From assembly GCA_963674735.2 (NCBI GenBank), contig CAXXQS010000001.1:64001-128000 (forward strand): a stretch of DNA of 64,000 bases. Direction: 5' to 3'. This DNA is from Myxococcota bacterium. Lineage in GTDB: Bacteria; Myxococcota_A; SURF-8. Shown one piece after another: positions 38,520-48,200 of the stretch. Numbering within the stretch: the stretch's first letter is position 1; every line of letters begins with the position of its first letter. The notes under the pieces are model-generated. The model saw only the letters and a program-made list of their open reading frames with translations. It ran no database searches and had not been told where the DNA came from. The position numbers and the translations under genes are program-made.

Positions 38520-40487
38520 TTAATCCTCGTCGGCGACGGGCTTTTCGGCCCCTTGCATATCGGTATCCGAACCTTCTTTCGGGGGCTCGGGCGACAAACG
38601 CCGGATGGACGCCATCGGTTCTTTCTTGCGGCGCGCGAAGGCCTCTTCGAGCTGCGGTACCCAGTCGGAAATCAATTCGAAGCGCACCTGTTTGTCTTCG
38701 ATGACGATTTCCCCGATCGACCGTTTCTTGACGCCGCCGGTCTGGCAGACCAGCGAAATCACATCGGAGGGTTCCGCGAGTCCCTGTTCGCGTCCGATGG
38801 ACAAGGCCAGCCAGCTGCGCGGTTTGCGGCGTGAGGGACGCGGATGGGGTTTATCGTTATCGGATGCCTTTTTCGGGGGACGCTCGCCACGGCTGCTCTC
38901 GCTCCGACTACCTTCGTTGCGGCTGGACGGCCGCCGTCCCGCGCGATCGCCTCGGTCGTTGCGGCTGTTACGGCTGTTACGGTCGCCGCTGCGCCCGGAG
39001 CGGGAGCGACCCCCCATGCGTTCGGCTTTGCGCTCGGCCTGCTGCTTGAGATCGGTTTTACCCAAAAGCGCCGGTCGCACGAAGATGCGTTCCTTGTGTT
39101 CGGGGTTGTCGGCGTCGTAGCCGTGAGCGAAGTCCCAACCGAACTGGCGCAGCATCGTCAACAGACCGGCGGCGGCGGTGTAGGGGTCGAGGGCTTCGAG
39201 CAGTTCATCGGTGAAGAGCGCGATATCGTCCGGGTAGCCTTCCGATTCCATGGCCTTGAGACGGCCGATGAAGGTCTTGCGCACGCTGGCGTCCACGGCG
39301 GCTTTATCGGGAACCTCGACCTGGTCGAACGTGAGGTTCATGTGGCGCTGGATGGTGCCGATGGCCAGAATCTCATGCGGGGCGACCAGCGAAATCGCTT
39401 CTCCGCGATGTCCGGCGCGGCCTGTACGGCCCACGCGGTGCAGGTAGAGATCCTTGTTTTCGGGGATGTCGTAGTTGATGACGTGTGAAACACCGAAAAT
39501 GTCGATGCCGCGCGCCGCGACGTCGGTCGCGACCAGAACATCCAGGATGCCGTCTTTGAACAGATTGAGCGTTTTGCTGCGTACCGCCTGCGACAGATCG
39601 CCGCTCAAGAAGCCGACGGCGAAGCCTTCTTCATAGAGGTGCTCCGCCGTGTTCTCGGCGTCGGATTTCATGTTGGTGAAAATCAGCACCTTGGTACGCG
39701 GGATGGAGTGCAGGATGTTGACCAGGGTGACGAACTTGTGCAGTTTCGGGGTCCGGTAAACGCTGTGATGAATGTCGCGGTTGATCGAGCGTCCGGCCAT
39801 GCCGATGATGATTTGCTCGGGGTTGTTGAGATGATTGTCGGCCAGGCTGCGCACCTGTGAGGGGATGGTGGCCGAGAACAGCATGGTCTGTTTGGTGCTC
39901 GGGGTGTGGCCAAGCAGGCGCATGACGTCGGGCAGGAAACCGCGATCGAGCATTTCGTCCGCTTCATCCAACACCACCATTCCGGCGTTTTCGAGGCTCA
40001 GGGTGCCCCGGCGCAGGTGGTCGAGAATACGGCCCGGCGTGCCCACCACGATCTGTGCACCCGCCCTGAGTCGATCGATCTGGGCGTTCATGGATGCGCC
40101 GCCGTAAATCGGGACGACGGTCTGGTTGCCGAGTGCGCCGGCTCTGCTGATCTCTTCCGCTACCTGCACGGCCAGCTCGCGTGTGGGTGACAGCACCAGG
40201 GCTTGCACGAATTTCTTGTCGGGGTCGAGCTTCTCCAGAATCGGTAGCCCGAAAGCCAGCGTTTTACCCGAGCCGGTTTTGGCCTGGACGATCAGGTCCA
40301 CCCCGGCGTGTACGCGCTGAATGCTTTTCTGCTGCACTTCCGTGGGGGCGGCGAAGCCCATGCGCGCCACGGCGTCGCGGCTGGTTTCGGTCAGCTCGAT
40401 GGCGTCCCAACTCAATTCGAGCTTCGGTTCCTCCTCGGCGGGCGCACCAAAGTGGCCTCCGTTGGGGAGTTTCGTTTCGTCTGTCAT
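38520..40487 (-). CDS. deaD: DEAD-box RNA helicase (DeaD/CsdA type with DbpA RNA-binding domain)
   Basis: Q motif, AKTGSGKT, PTRELA, DEAD, SAT, ARGID, HRVGRTGRAG, C-terminal LSIGREQG..IGEI. Confidence 0.92.
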   Translation of the reverse strand: MTDETKLPNGGHFGAPAEEEPKLELSWDAIELTETSRDAVARMGFAAPTEVQQKSIQRVHAGVDLIVQAKTGSGKTLAFGLPILEKLDPDKKFVQALVLSPTRELAVQVAEEISRAGALGNQTVVPIYGGASMNAQIDRLRAGAQIVVGTPGRILDHLRRGTLSLENAGMVVLDEADEMLDRGFLPDVMRLLGHTPSTKQTMLFSATIPSQVRSLADNHLNNPEQIIIGMAGRSINRDIHHSVYRTPKLHKFVTLVNILHSIPRTKVLIFTNMKSDAENTAEHLYEEGFAVGFLSGDLSQAVRSKTLNLFKDGILDVLVATDVAARGIDIFGVSHVINYDIPENKDLYLHRVGRTGRAGHRGEAISLVAPHEILAIGTIQRHMNLTFDQVEVPDKAAVDASVRKTFIGRLKAMESEGYPDDIALFTDELLEALDPYTAAAGLLTMLRQFGWDFAHGYDADNPEHKERIFVRPALLGKTDLKQQAERKAERMGGRSRSGRSGDRNSRNSRNDRGDRAGRRPSSRNEGSRSESSRGERPPKKASDNDKPHPRPSRRKPRSWLALSIGREQGLAEPSDVISLVCQTGGVKKRSIGEIVIEDKQVRFELISDWVPQLEEAFARRKKEPMASIRRLSPEPPKEGSDTDMQGAEKPVADED

Positions 40488-40527
40488 TCTTTTCCTCGTC
40501 GTTGTTACTCGACGGGCAAGGGCGGGT

Positions 40528-41130
40528 TCAGGGTCGAAGCCGATCTTCGACCAAGGCGAGGAAATAACGGTGAATCCGCGTGTCGTCCGTCAACTCGGGG
40601 TGAAAACTCGTGGCCATGAGGTGCGCGTGTCTCACGAACACCGCCTGGCCGTCAACCTGGGCCAAAACCTGCACGTCATCGCCATCGGGAAGCATGAGCG
40701 GGGCTCGGATAAACACCGCCCGGTACGGCTCCTCGATGCCGGTGATCGTGATGTCAGCCTCGAAGCTCTCGCGTTGGCGGCCGAAGGCGTTGCGGTGGGC
40801 GGTCATGGACAGCAGCTTTAAAAGCGGCTGCTCGATGGCTCGTCCCCGTTCCACAACGCGCTGGGCTAATAGAATTGCGCCCGCACAAGTGCCCCATATC
40901 GGCAGCCCTTCCTCCCCAAGCTGCCGAACCGGTTCCAATAAATGCCATTCCACCAGCAGTTTGCCGATCGTCGTCGACTCGCCGCCGGGGATAATCAGCC
41001 CTGAAAGGCCGTCCAGTTGCGACGGCAGACGTACTTCCCGTGTTTCGACCCCAAGCGATTCAACCGCCCGGCGGTGTTCGCGAAAGGCGCCTTGCAGGGC
41101 CAGTACGCCGATGATGGGATCGCCCGCCAT
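40528..41130 (-). CDS. pdxT: Pyridoxal 5'-phosphate synthase glutaminase subunit
   Basis: IGVLALQGAFREH, IPGGESTT, GTCAG, RNAFGRQ, FHPELT. Confidence 0.97.
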   Translation of the reverse strand: MAGDPIIGVLALQGAFREHRRAVESLGVETREVRLPSQLDGLSGLIIPGGESTTIGKLLVEWHLLEPVRQLGEEGLPIWGTCAGAILLAQRVVERGRAIEQPLLKLLSMTAHRNAFGRQRESFEADITITGIEEPYRAVFIRAPLMLPDGDDVQVLAQVDGQAVFVRHAHLMATSFHPELTDDTRIHRYFLALVEDRLRP

Positions 41131-41172
41131 GAGAGTCTCCTTACAGCCTGCGCGAAACGGGCTTGTCTTGTC

Positions 41173-42060
41173 TTACCAGCCGCGGCGAGCCAGCTGCTCT
41201 TCTTCGGGCAAGGTATCGATGTTGATCCCAACCATCGCCTCGCCGAGGTTCTTCGAAATTTCGGCCAGAATCTTCGGATCGTTGTAATGCGTGACCGCCT
41301 GCACGATGGCTTTGGCGCGCTTGGCCGGTTCACCCGATTTGAAGATACCCGAGCCGACGAACACGCCGTCGAGGCCGAGTTGCATCATCAAGGCCGCATC
41401 CGCCGGGGTCGCCACGCCACCCGCCGCGAAATTGACGACCGGTAGGGTTGCGTGTTCGTGTACCCAACGAACCAGTTCGTAAGGAGCGCCCATCACTTTG
41501 GCGGCGCTCATCAGCTCTTCTTCCGGCATGGCCGCAAGCTGCTTGATACCGCCCAGCACCGCCCGCGCATGACGCACGGCCTCGACCACGTCGCCGGTTC
41601 CGGCTTCGCCCTTGGTACGGATCATGGCGGCGCCTTCGGCGATGCGCCGCAGGGCTTCGCTGAGTTCACGGCAACCGCACACGAAAGGAACGGTAAACTT
41701 CCATTTATCGACGTGATGCGCCTCATCGGCGGGGGTGAGGACTTCCGACTCATCGACGAAATCCACTCCCAGCGCTTCGATGATCTGCGCTTCCACGAAA
41801 TGGCCGATGCGTACCTTCGCCATCACCGGAATCGAGACTGAGGCGATGATCTCTTCGATCACCGTCGGGTCGGACATGCGTGCGACTCCGCCCTGGGCGC
41901 GGATGTCCGCGGGAACCCGTTCCAGTGCCATAACGGCGACGGCCCCCGCCTCTTCAGCGATATGGGCCTGCTCGGCGTTCGTAACGTCCATAATCACGCC
42001 ACCCTTCAGCATTTCGGCGTGGCCGGTTTTGACTCGCAACGTGCCTTCGTATTTTTCCAT
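41173..42060 (-). CDS. pdxS: Pyridoxal 5'-phosphate synthase lyase subunit
   Basis: [43 protein letters not shown]. Confidence 0.97.
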   Translation of the reverse strand: MEKYEGTLRVKTGHAEMLKGGVIMDVTNAEQAHIAEEAGAVAVMALERVPADIRAQGGVARMSDPTVIEEIIASVSIPVMAKVRIGHFVEAQIIEALGVDFVDESEVLTPADEAHHVDKWKFTVPFVCGCRELSEALRRIAEGAAMIRTKGEAGTGDVVEAVRHARAVLGGIKQLAAMPEEELMSAAKVMGAPYELVRWVHEHATLPVVNFAAGGVATPADAALMMQLGLDGVFVGSGIFKSGEPAKRAKAIVQAVTHYNDPKILAEISKNLGEAMVGINIDTLPEEEQLARRGW

Positions 42061-42118
42061 GAGTGCCTCCACAAATCAACGCAATCGGAGGTTCGGCCTC
42101 CTGAGGTAAAACCGCGTG

Positions 42119-42148
42119 ATTATAGGGGGCATACCCGGTGATTGTCAA
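42119..42148 (-). promoter_or_regulatory. Consensus sigma70 promoter for pdxST
   Basis: Minus-strand TTGACA (42143-42148) N18 TATAAT (42119-42124). Confidence 0.65.
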
Positions 42149-42214
42149 CCACGAGTCGACGATTATTCGTGCTTTTTGTTTTCATGCTCCGGTGGGCTGT
42201 GTTACATAGAGAGA

Positions 42215-43582
42215 ATGCGGAAAGCCGATAGGAAATCAACTGCTTGGATGATCTGGATGCTGTGGCTGACTTTGGCTGCGGCCGGTTGTCGTTCGGATGC
42301 AAACGACACACAGCCCGGCGATGCCCTTATGTCGGGGATCCTGGCAAAGGCGGGTTGGTCCAAGGAAGCCGAGCGTTTGCCTGCGGAATTGCGTGTGGAT
42401 GCCTGGCTGGCGGCTCAAGCAACCAGCGGCAACTTGTCCGGGTGGCACAGGCAAACCGCTAGCGGGGAGGGTACGGTTTGGAGCCGGGATAGTGGCGGCA
42501 GTGACCGGTACCGCTTTGGGCGCTCCACACCGGATGGCTTGCTGGCTTATCTCGACGCCGATCCCATAGCCGCCGCGCGTTTCGGCGCTCTTCGTCTTTC
42601 TGCGGAACTGAATTTGCAGAGTTTGACGCGCCTGGCTGAGTTGGATCGTGCCGGTGGCGGTGCGGTGCTGTTGCGCTGGGAAGGCTGCCTGATCAATCGT
42701 GGCACAGAACCGTTGCAGGATCTTTTCCTGCGTGCCTCGCTGGTGGGACAATCCGGCAACCCCGCCTGGCCGGTCGTGGGTATCCGGGGACGCAGCAAGC
42801 ATTCGACATTCCGATCGGGAATTCCGGCGCGGATCGGGGTCGGCGAGACCTTTTGCGTCAGCCTGAATTCACGAAAATTGCCCAAGGACCAAGTCGACGC
42901 CGTTCAAGGGGATTTACGCGGGGTGCTCGATGCCGTCTGGACGGACTCTCGGGGGCGGCGACGTTTCGGCGTGGCGGCCCTGCTGCCGCTCGAATGGGAT
43001 AATGTCTGGCGTGAGGCGACTCCCAAACTGGCGGTGGTGATGGGGGGACGCATGCGCAGTCCGGATAAGGAATCGCCTTGGCTCGATTTGCCGAACCCCG
43101 AACTGCTACGCTTTCGTCACCGTGAAGGAAATCGTCTTCAGGCGGTGCGGTTCGATAAACGGCGGGTGCTGGTTCCGGTGAAAAATGTGGTGGCGATCTA
43201 CCCGGATCGCGATGAAGCATTACGCGATGATTTGCGTCAACCGCTCGATTCTCTGATCCGGGCGGTGTTGATGGGGGATAATCATCATGCCCGCTCACTG
43301 TTCATCGAGGGGGAAGGCTTTTTGTCGGGGGACGCGCTCGACCGCGATCTGGCCCGTCGCTTCCCCCCGCGCGAGGGGGGCGACTTCATGCAAGTCAAGA
43401 TCAGGCCGCTTGAACTGATCGAGCGAGACGATACGATCCAGCTGGCTTATTTTGTATGGGTGCCCGATTTCGCGGGTAAGATGTGGCAGGCTTTCGATGT
43501 GATCCAGGCTCGGCGCGGTGCCGGGGGCTGGCGTTTCATCGCCGAGGATCGGTTGCCTGAACGGGCCGTCTTTACGGAATAG
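42215..43582 (+). CDS. Hypothetical lipoprotein
   Basis: Long ORF with lipobox AAAGC; C-terminal segment ending GGWRFI resembles NTF2-like folds; start uncertain. Confidence 0.55.
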   Translation: MRKADRKSTAWMIWMLWLTLAAAGCRSDANDTQPGDALMSGILAKAGWSKEAERLPAELRVDAWLAAQATSGNLSGWHRQTASGEGTVWSRDSGGSDRYRFGRSTPDGLLAYLDADPIAAARFGALRLSAELNLQSLTRLAELDRAGGGAVLLRWEGCLINRGTEPLQDLFLRASLVGQSGNPAWPVVGIRGRSKHSTFRSGIPARIGVGETFCVSLNSRKLPKDQVDAVQGDLRGVLDAVWTDSRGRRRFGVAALLPLEWDNVWREATPKLAVVMGGRMRSPDKESPWLDLPNPELLRFRHREGNRLQAVRFDKRRVLVPVKNVVAIYPDRDEALRDDLRQPLDSLIRAVLMGDNHHARSLFIEGEGFLSGDALDRDLARRFPPREGGDFMQVKIRPLELIERDDTIQLAYFVWVPDFAGKMWQAFDVIQARRGAGGWRFIAEDRLPERAVFTE

Positions 43583-43586
43583 ATTC

Positions 43587-44092
43587 CCCCGGGCATGCCC
43601 GGGGTCCTTACTGTTACAGCTTCATGCGAAGCTGATCTGAATCCTGGCGTCCTTGATGTTCAACGTAATTCTTTACGGTTTCCTCATCGACGCCTACGCT
43701 GCTGACAAAATAGCCCGACGACCATACTAGGTTTTCCTTCCAATAAACTTTCGATAACCACTTGAAGGATTTTCGCATGTGCGACGACGATTGGCTTTTC
43801 AATTGTCCCATTACATCCGAAATGCGATAGGTCGGGGGAATCACCATCACCATATGAAGGTGATCCTGGTCAAAGCCAATCGTCTCTAGCTCCACGCCGG
43901 GCATTTTCCTCAGCAACTTCGGCAATACTTTCCGTAAATACGTACAGACGCCAGGCTTCAGGATCCGGCGGCGGTACTTGCTTACCCACACTACATGGTA
44001 GTGCAGACTGTAAACGCTATGAGCTGACTTGATACATTCCATTCCAACATCATACCACCGCCGGGCTCATTCATCCACGGGCATGCCCGTGG
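43587..44092 (-). mobile_element. IS200/IS605-family element carrying tnpA only, delimited here by its subterminal palindromes (true ends lie slightly outside)
   Basis: Palindromes CCCCGGGCATGCCCGGGG (43587-43604) and CCACGGGCATGCCCGTGG (44075-44092) flank a Y1 transposase. Confidence 0.88.
43614..44042 (-). CDS. tnpA: IS200-type Y1 (HUH) transposase
   Basis: HSVYSLHYHVVWVSKYRR, DHLH (HUH), LKSQSS, WSSGYFVSSVG, YVEHQ. Confidence 0.95.
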   Translation of the reverse strand: MECIKSAHSVYSLHYHVVWVSKYRRRILKPGVCTYLRKVLPKLLRKMPGVELETIGFDQDHLHMVMVIPPTYRISDVMGQLKSQSSSHMRKSFKWLSKVYWKENLVWSSGYFVSSVGVDEETVKNYVEHQGRQDSDQLRMKL

Positions 44093-44128
44093 TATTCTGT
44101 CTTCGACCACATAAAGCCGTAAAAACGG

Positions 44129-45244
44129 TTAGTAACGCTCCAACTCGCTTAGAAGTTCGTCGAACTCTTTCAGCTCCTTTTCGCGTTCTTGCGGAGGCAT
44201 GGCGGCGATGGTCGTGCGTGGTTGCGCATTCGTTGCGGCATCGCGCGCGGCTGGGGTTTCGGAATTCGTCCGCGCGGCCGCAGCTTGCGGTTTCGGAGAG
44301 TTGTCTTCGAATTGCAGATCGTCATCGGTTAACAGGAAGGTGTCCTCCGCTTTGGCTGTGGAGGTTTTCGGTGTCGATGTCTTTTCCGTATCGGTTGCGT
44401 GTTCGACGAGACTGGACGGTTCGGGCTCCAGCGGTTCGAGATCGAGATCGATGGCGACTTCCTTGACGAGTTCCGGTTGAATGACGGTCTGTTTGGTGAA
44501 GACGCCTTCGAACAGGACGTTGTCGCAGATGGTGTTGGTCAGGCGCGGAATTCCATGGGAATAGCGGTATACTTCGTCGAGCGCTTTCGCACTGAAAATT
44601 TCGCGGGTCGCGCCGGAAAGCTTCAGCCGGTGGCGGACGTAGGCATGCGTACTTTCGAGATTGAGCGGGCGCAGCCAGGTGCGAATCGCCACCCGCTGGC
44701 GCAGAGGCTCGTCGATACGCAGGGATTGATCCAGCTCTTCCAGCCCGAAAAACACGAAGTTGATCAGTTTGCGCCCCGGTACTTCGAGGTTGAGTAAACC
44801 GCGAAATTCTTCCATGATGTCGCGCGATTTCAGCATTTGCGACTCATCGATCAGAACGACGGCCTTCTTTCCGGCTTCATAAATGTGAATCAAGCGTCGG
44901 TAAAGCTGCGACAAAAGCGCCAGCTTTTCATTGGCCGGATTGGGGACGCCCAGTTGCAGCGCGATGCGTTTGAGCAGCCAGGATGCGGTGATGCCGGAAT
45001 GGACGATGACGAGCAGGGCGGCTTCGAATTCGCGGTCGGGCAGGCTGTCGAGCAGGCGGCGGGCGAGGGTGGTTTTACCGGCCCCGATATCACCGACACA
45101 TATCGCCAGTCCTTTCATGTTATCGATGCCGTAACGCAGTTTTCGCAGGCATCGCTCATGTTCGGGACCGGCAAAGTAAAAGCGAGCCACCGGAGCGTTG
45201 GAAAACGGTTCGACCATCAATTCATAGAAATCCTTATAAGGCAT
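44129..45244 (-). CDS. ExeA/GspA-like AAA+ ATPase
   Basis: PFSNAP, GDIGAGKTT Walker A, VVLIDESQ Walker B, LRQRV, YVRHRL, GIPRLTNTICD. Confidence 0.88.
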   Translation of the reverse strand: MPYKDFYELMVEPFSNAPVARFYFAGPEHERCLRKLRYGIDNMKGLAICVGDIGAGKTTLARRLLDSLPDREFEAALLVIVHSGITASWLLKRIALQLGVPNPANEKLALLSQLYRRLIHIYEAGKKAVVLIDESQMLKSRDIMEEFRGLLNLEVPGRKLINFVFFGLEELDQSLRIDEPLRQRVAIRTWLRPLNLESTHAYVRHRLKLSGATREIFSAKALDEVYRYSHGIPRLTNTICDNVLFEGVFTKQTVIQPELVKEVAIDLDLEPLEPEPSSLVEHATDTEKTSTPKTSTAKAEDTFLLTDDDLQFEDNSPKPQAAAARTNSETPAARDAATNAQPRTTIAAMPPQEREKELKEFDELLSELERY

Positions 45245-45277
45245 GGTGGCTTTCCGTCGCGGCGCAGTGAAACGGCG

Positions 45278-48200
45278 CTAAATGTAGGAGATGTTGGATT
45301 TGTTCTTTTCCGCCTGGTTCGTCAGGTCCGACGGGTCCGGTTCGCCGTGGGGCAGACCGTCGAGATCAAGACCGTCGAGCCACTGATCGAGCGTGTCGGG
45401 TTCGGAAAGCGCGACGCCGTCCGCTTCCAGTTCGGCGGCTAAATTCGTTGCATCACGAAAATCGGGATCGAGATCGCTGAGCGTGCTGAATTGGCGCAAA
45501 GCGGCTTCGCGATTTTGCATCTTTTTATAGAGCAGGCCGATGTCGTAACGTAAGGCTTTAACCAGATATTGGTTGATATCGGGTGAATGGAAGGCTTCTT
45601 TGAAAAAGCCGAGCGCTTTACGCTGCGAATTCTTCTCCAGATAGCACAAACCCAACAACAAGGCGGTTTCGGATGTAGCCGCATTTTCGTGGGCCACCAA
45701 GAACTCTCCGATAGCTTCGTTCAGCAGCCCCATTTCGCGATAGGCGATACCGAGATTGAGATGGGTTTCGTGATCGTCATCGGCGATGTCTTCCTGTAGG
45801 AGGACGCCGCTGCCGGTGGCGGATTCGTCGGTTTCGAGTGAGGAACGCAGTTCATCGGTCAAATTGACGGTGCTTGCATCGCGTGGTTTGGCGGAGGCGA
45901 AAGCTCCGGGAGCAAAGACGGTTTTATCCAGATCGGCGTCCACATCCCGATCATCGGATTCCTCGTCGCTCGCGGCCGCTGCTTTCTGGCAAGCGGCGAT
46001 GCGTTTGAGAAGCAAAGGATGACTGGGGTAGCGTTCGAGTAGTCGTTCGTAGATCTCCAGGCATTCGACGTAAACCGCCTGGGAGAAGAAGAACTCGGCT
46101 TCTTCGAAATCGTCCTCTTCGTCTTCATCCAGCAATCGGGTAAAGGCTTCTCGCGACTCACTCTCGTCCGGCTCGCTGAATTCGACCGTCACATCCTGGA
46201 AAGCGTCATCAACGGGTGTCGACTGAGCTTCCGAGATGGCTTCGCTCGCATCCGTTTCGAGTGAAGCGACCTCGTCATCATCCGGGACCAGTTCCAGATC
46301 GAGATCGTCGATTTCCTGAATGTCGGCGTCGAAGGGTTCCACTTCTTCGAGAATTTCAGCCGTTGCGGTCCCTTCAAGCATTTCCGCATCGGGTTCGCCG
46401 ATGTCGGCGACGGCTTCAGTGGCTGGAGCCTCTGGAAGCGAGCTGTCGAGTTCTTCGTCATCGTCATCGATTTCGATCAGATCCGCTTCTTCAATGAATT
46501 CATCCGCTTCGATCAACTCATCGGCTGGAAGAGTTAAGGTTTCCTCCGTAGCAGGTTCCGGCGTCGATTCCATCGCGATCTCGGTGGCTTGATCGACTTC
46601 TTCAGCTTTGGCCTCAGCTTCGATTTCGGCTTCACCCTCGGTTTCAACTTCAGTCTCTACCTCAGTTTCAACCTCGTCTTCAACTTCAACTTCAACTTCA
46701 ACTTCAACTTCGACCTCGTCTTCGACTTCGACTTCCATTTCGGAATCGATTTCGAGCGTTTCATCCGTTTCGACGGCGGTCTCGTCTTCGATGAATGCCT
46801 CGGCTTCCTCCATGTCATCGGATTCAGCGCTTGCGGCGGCTTCGCCATCCGCTTGATCGGCGGCTTGTGTTTCGATTGCGGCTTGTTCCGCTTCGAATTC
46901 GGCCTCTAAAATCTCGATTTTATCGATAATTTCAGTGTCTTCAGGGATTGGCGAGAATAGCTCGTCGGAATCGGAGGCAGGTTCTCCGGAAGAGGCGAGG
47001 GTCGTTTCTTCGGTTGTTTTGCCCGTTTCGGTGGCGGTTTGCCCTTCCTCATTTATCGCCAGGATTTCACCACTATCGAAGGCGGCCGGCATTTCGCTGA
47101 CAACCGTTTCCTCCGGAAGATCATCGTCATCATCGATTTCGACGGGAACGACCGGTTCCGTATCGAGTTCGACGTCGCGGCTCGGTTGTGAATCGGCATC
47201 GGAGCGTAACTCCAGGTTGTCTTCGAACAGGTCGGTGTCACTCGACTGCGTTCCCGTTCGTTCATCGTCTGTCGGTTCGGAAAGATCTTCAACAACCTCG
47301 ATTACTTCCAGCTCGATATCGCCGAGTTCCTCGCCGAGGTCGCCTTCCGCTGTGGCCTCCAGCGCGACTTCCGGTGCAGCATCGTCGATCACCGGTTCGG
47401 GATCGGCTTCGACAGCAAGGGCTTCGCGATCGCCCGCTTCGATTTCTTCTATCGCCAGCAGCTCATCCACCAAGGCTTCTTCGAATTCGTCGGCGACTTC
47501 GATGTCATCGACGGTCGGCAGATCGGGCGGCTGGGCGCTCGGCATGGCGGGCGGTTGAGACTCGTCTCTGGGGGCCGCCGGCCGCATGTGGGTTGGAAGT
47601 TCTGTTTCCTCAATAATATCGGGTTCTTCAGCTGAATCGAAGTCGAGCTCGATATCGTCGGCTTCCAAAGGCAGGACTTCGACATCCTGATCGAAGTCGA
47701 TTTCGATCTCGCGGGTGGTCAGACTGGCCGGTTGGCTATCCTGAGCGGATGCCGCGGCATCCTCATCCATTTGCAATTCGGATTCGGTTATGGGTTCGGG
47801 TAAGCCGGAATCGCCCAGCAGTTCTCGTAGCATATCGGCTGTTTCAGCGGCGGTACCTTCCTCGAATTGCGTCAAGATTCCCTGGACGTCGGAGGCAATG
47901 GAATCACTCCACTCTTTGGCCGTTTCCAGAGCTTCACGGGCTTCGTGATCTTGTCCCTGATCGAAGAGCAGAATGCAACATCTGAACAATGTGGTGCGGG
48001 CCGCCTCCATATCGTCGAGATGAGCATATACATCTTTAAGGCGCTTGAGGGCCTCAAGATGGTTGGGGTTCTGTTCGAGGATGGTTTGCAGACGCTCGCG
48101 CGCCTGATCGTGCAGGCCGTATTTCATGAAAACTTCGGCCTCGGTCATCAATTTGACGAGATTGGGTTTGGTGGCCGTCTCCATCACGGCGGGTTTTGCG

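Noticed and set aside
43583-44128. TnpB/omega-RNA system
   Set aside because: No room or ORF for tnpB between the two hairpins
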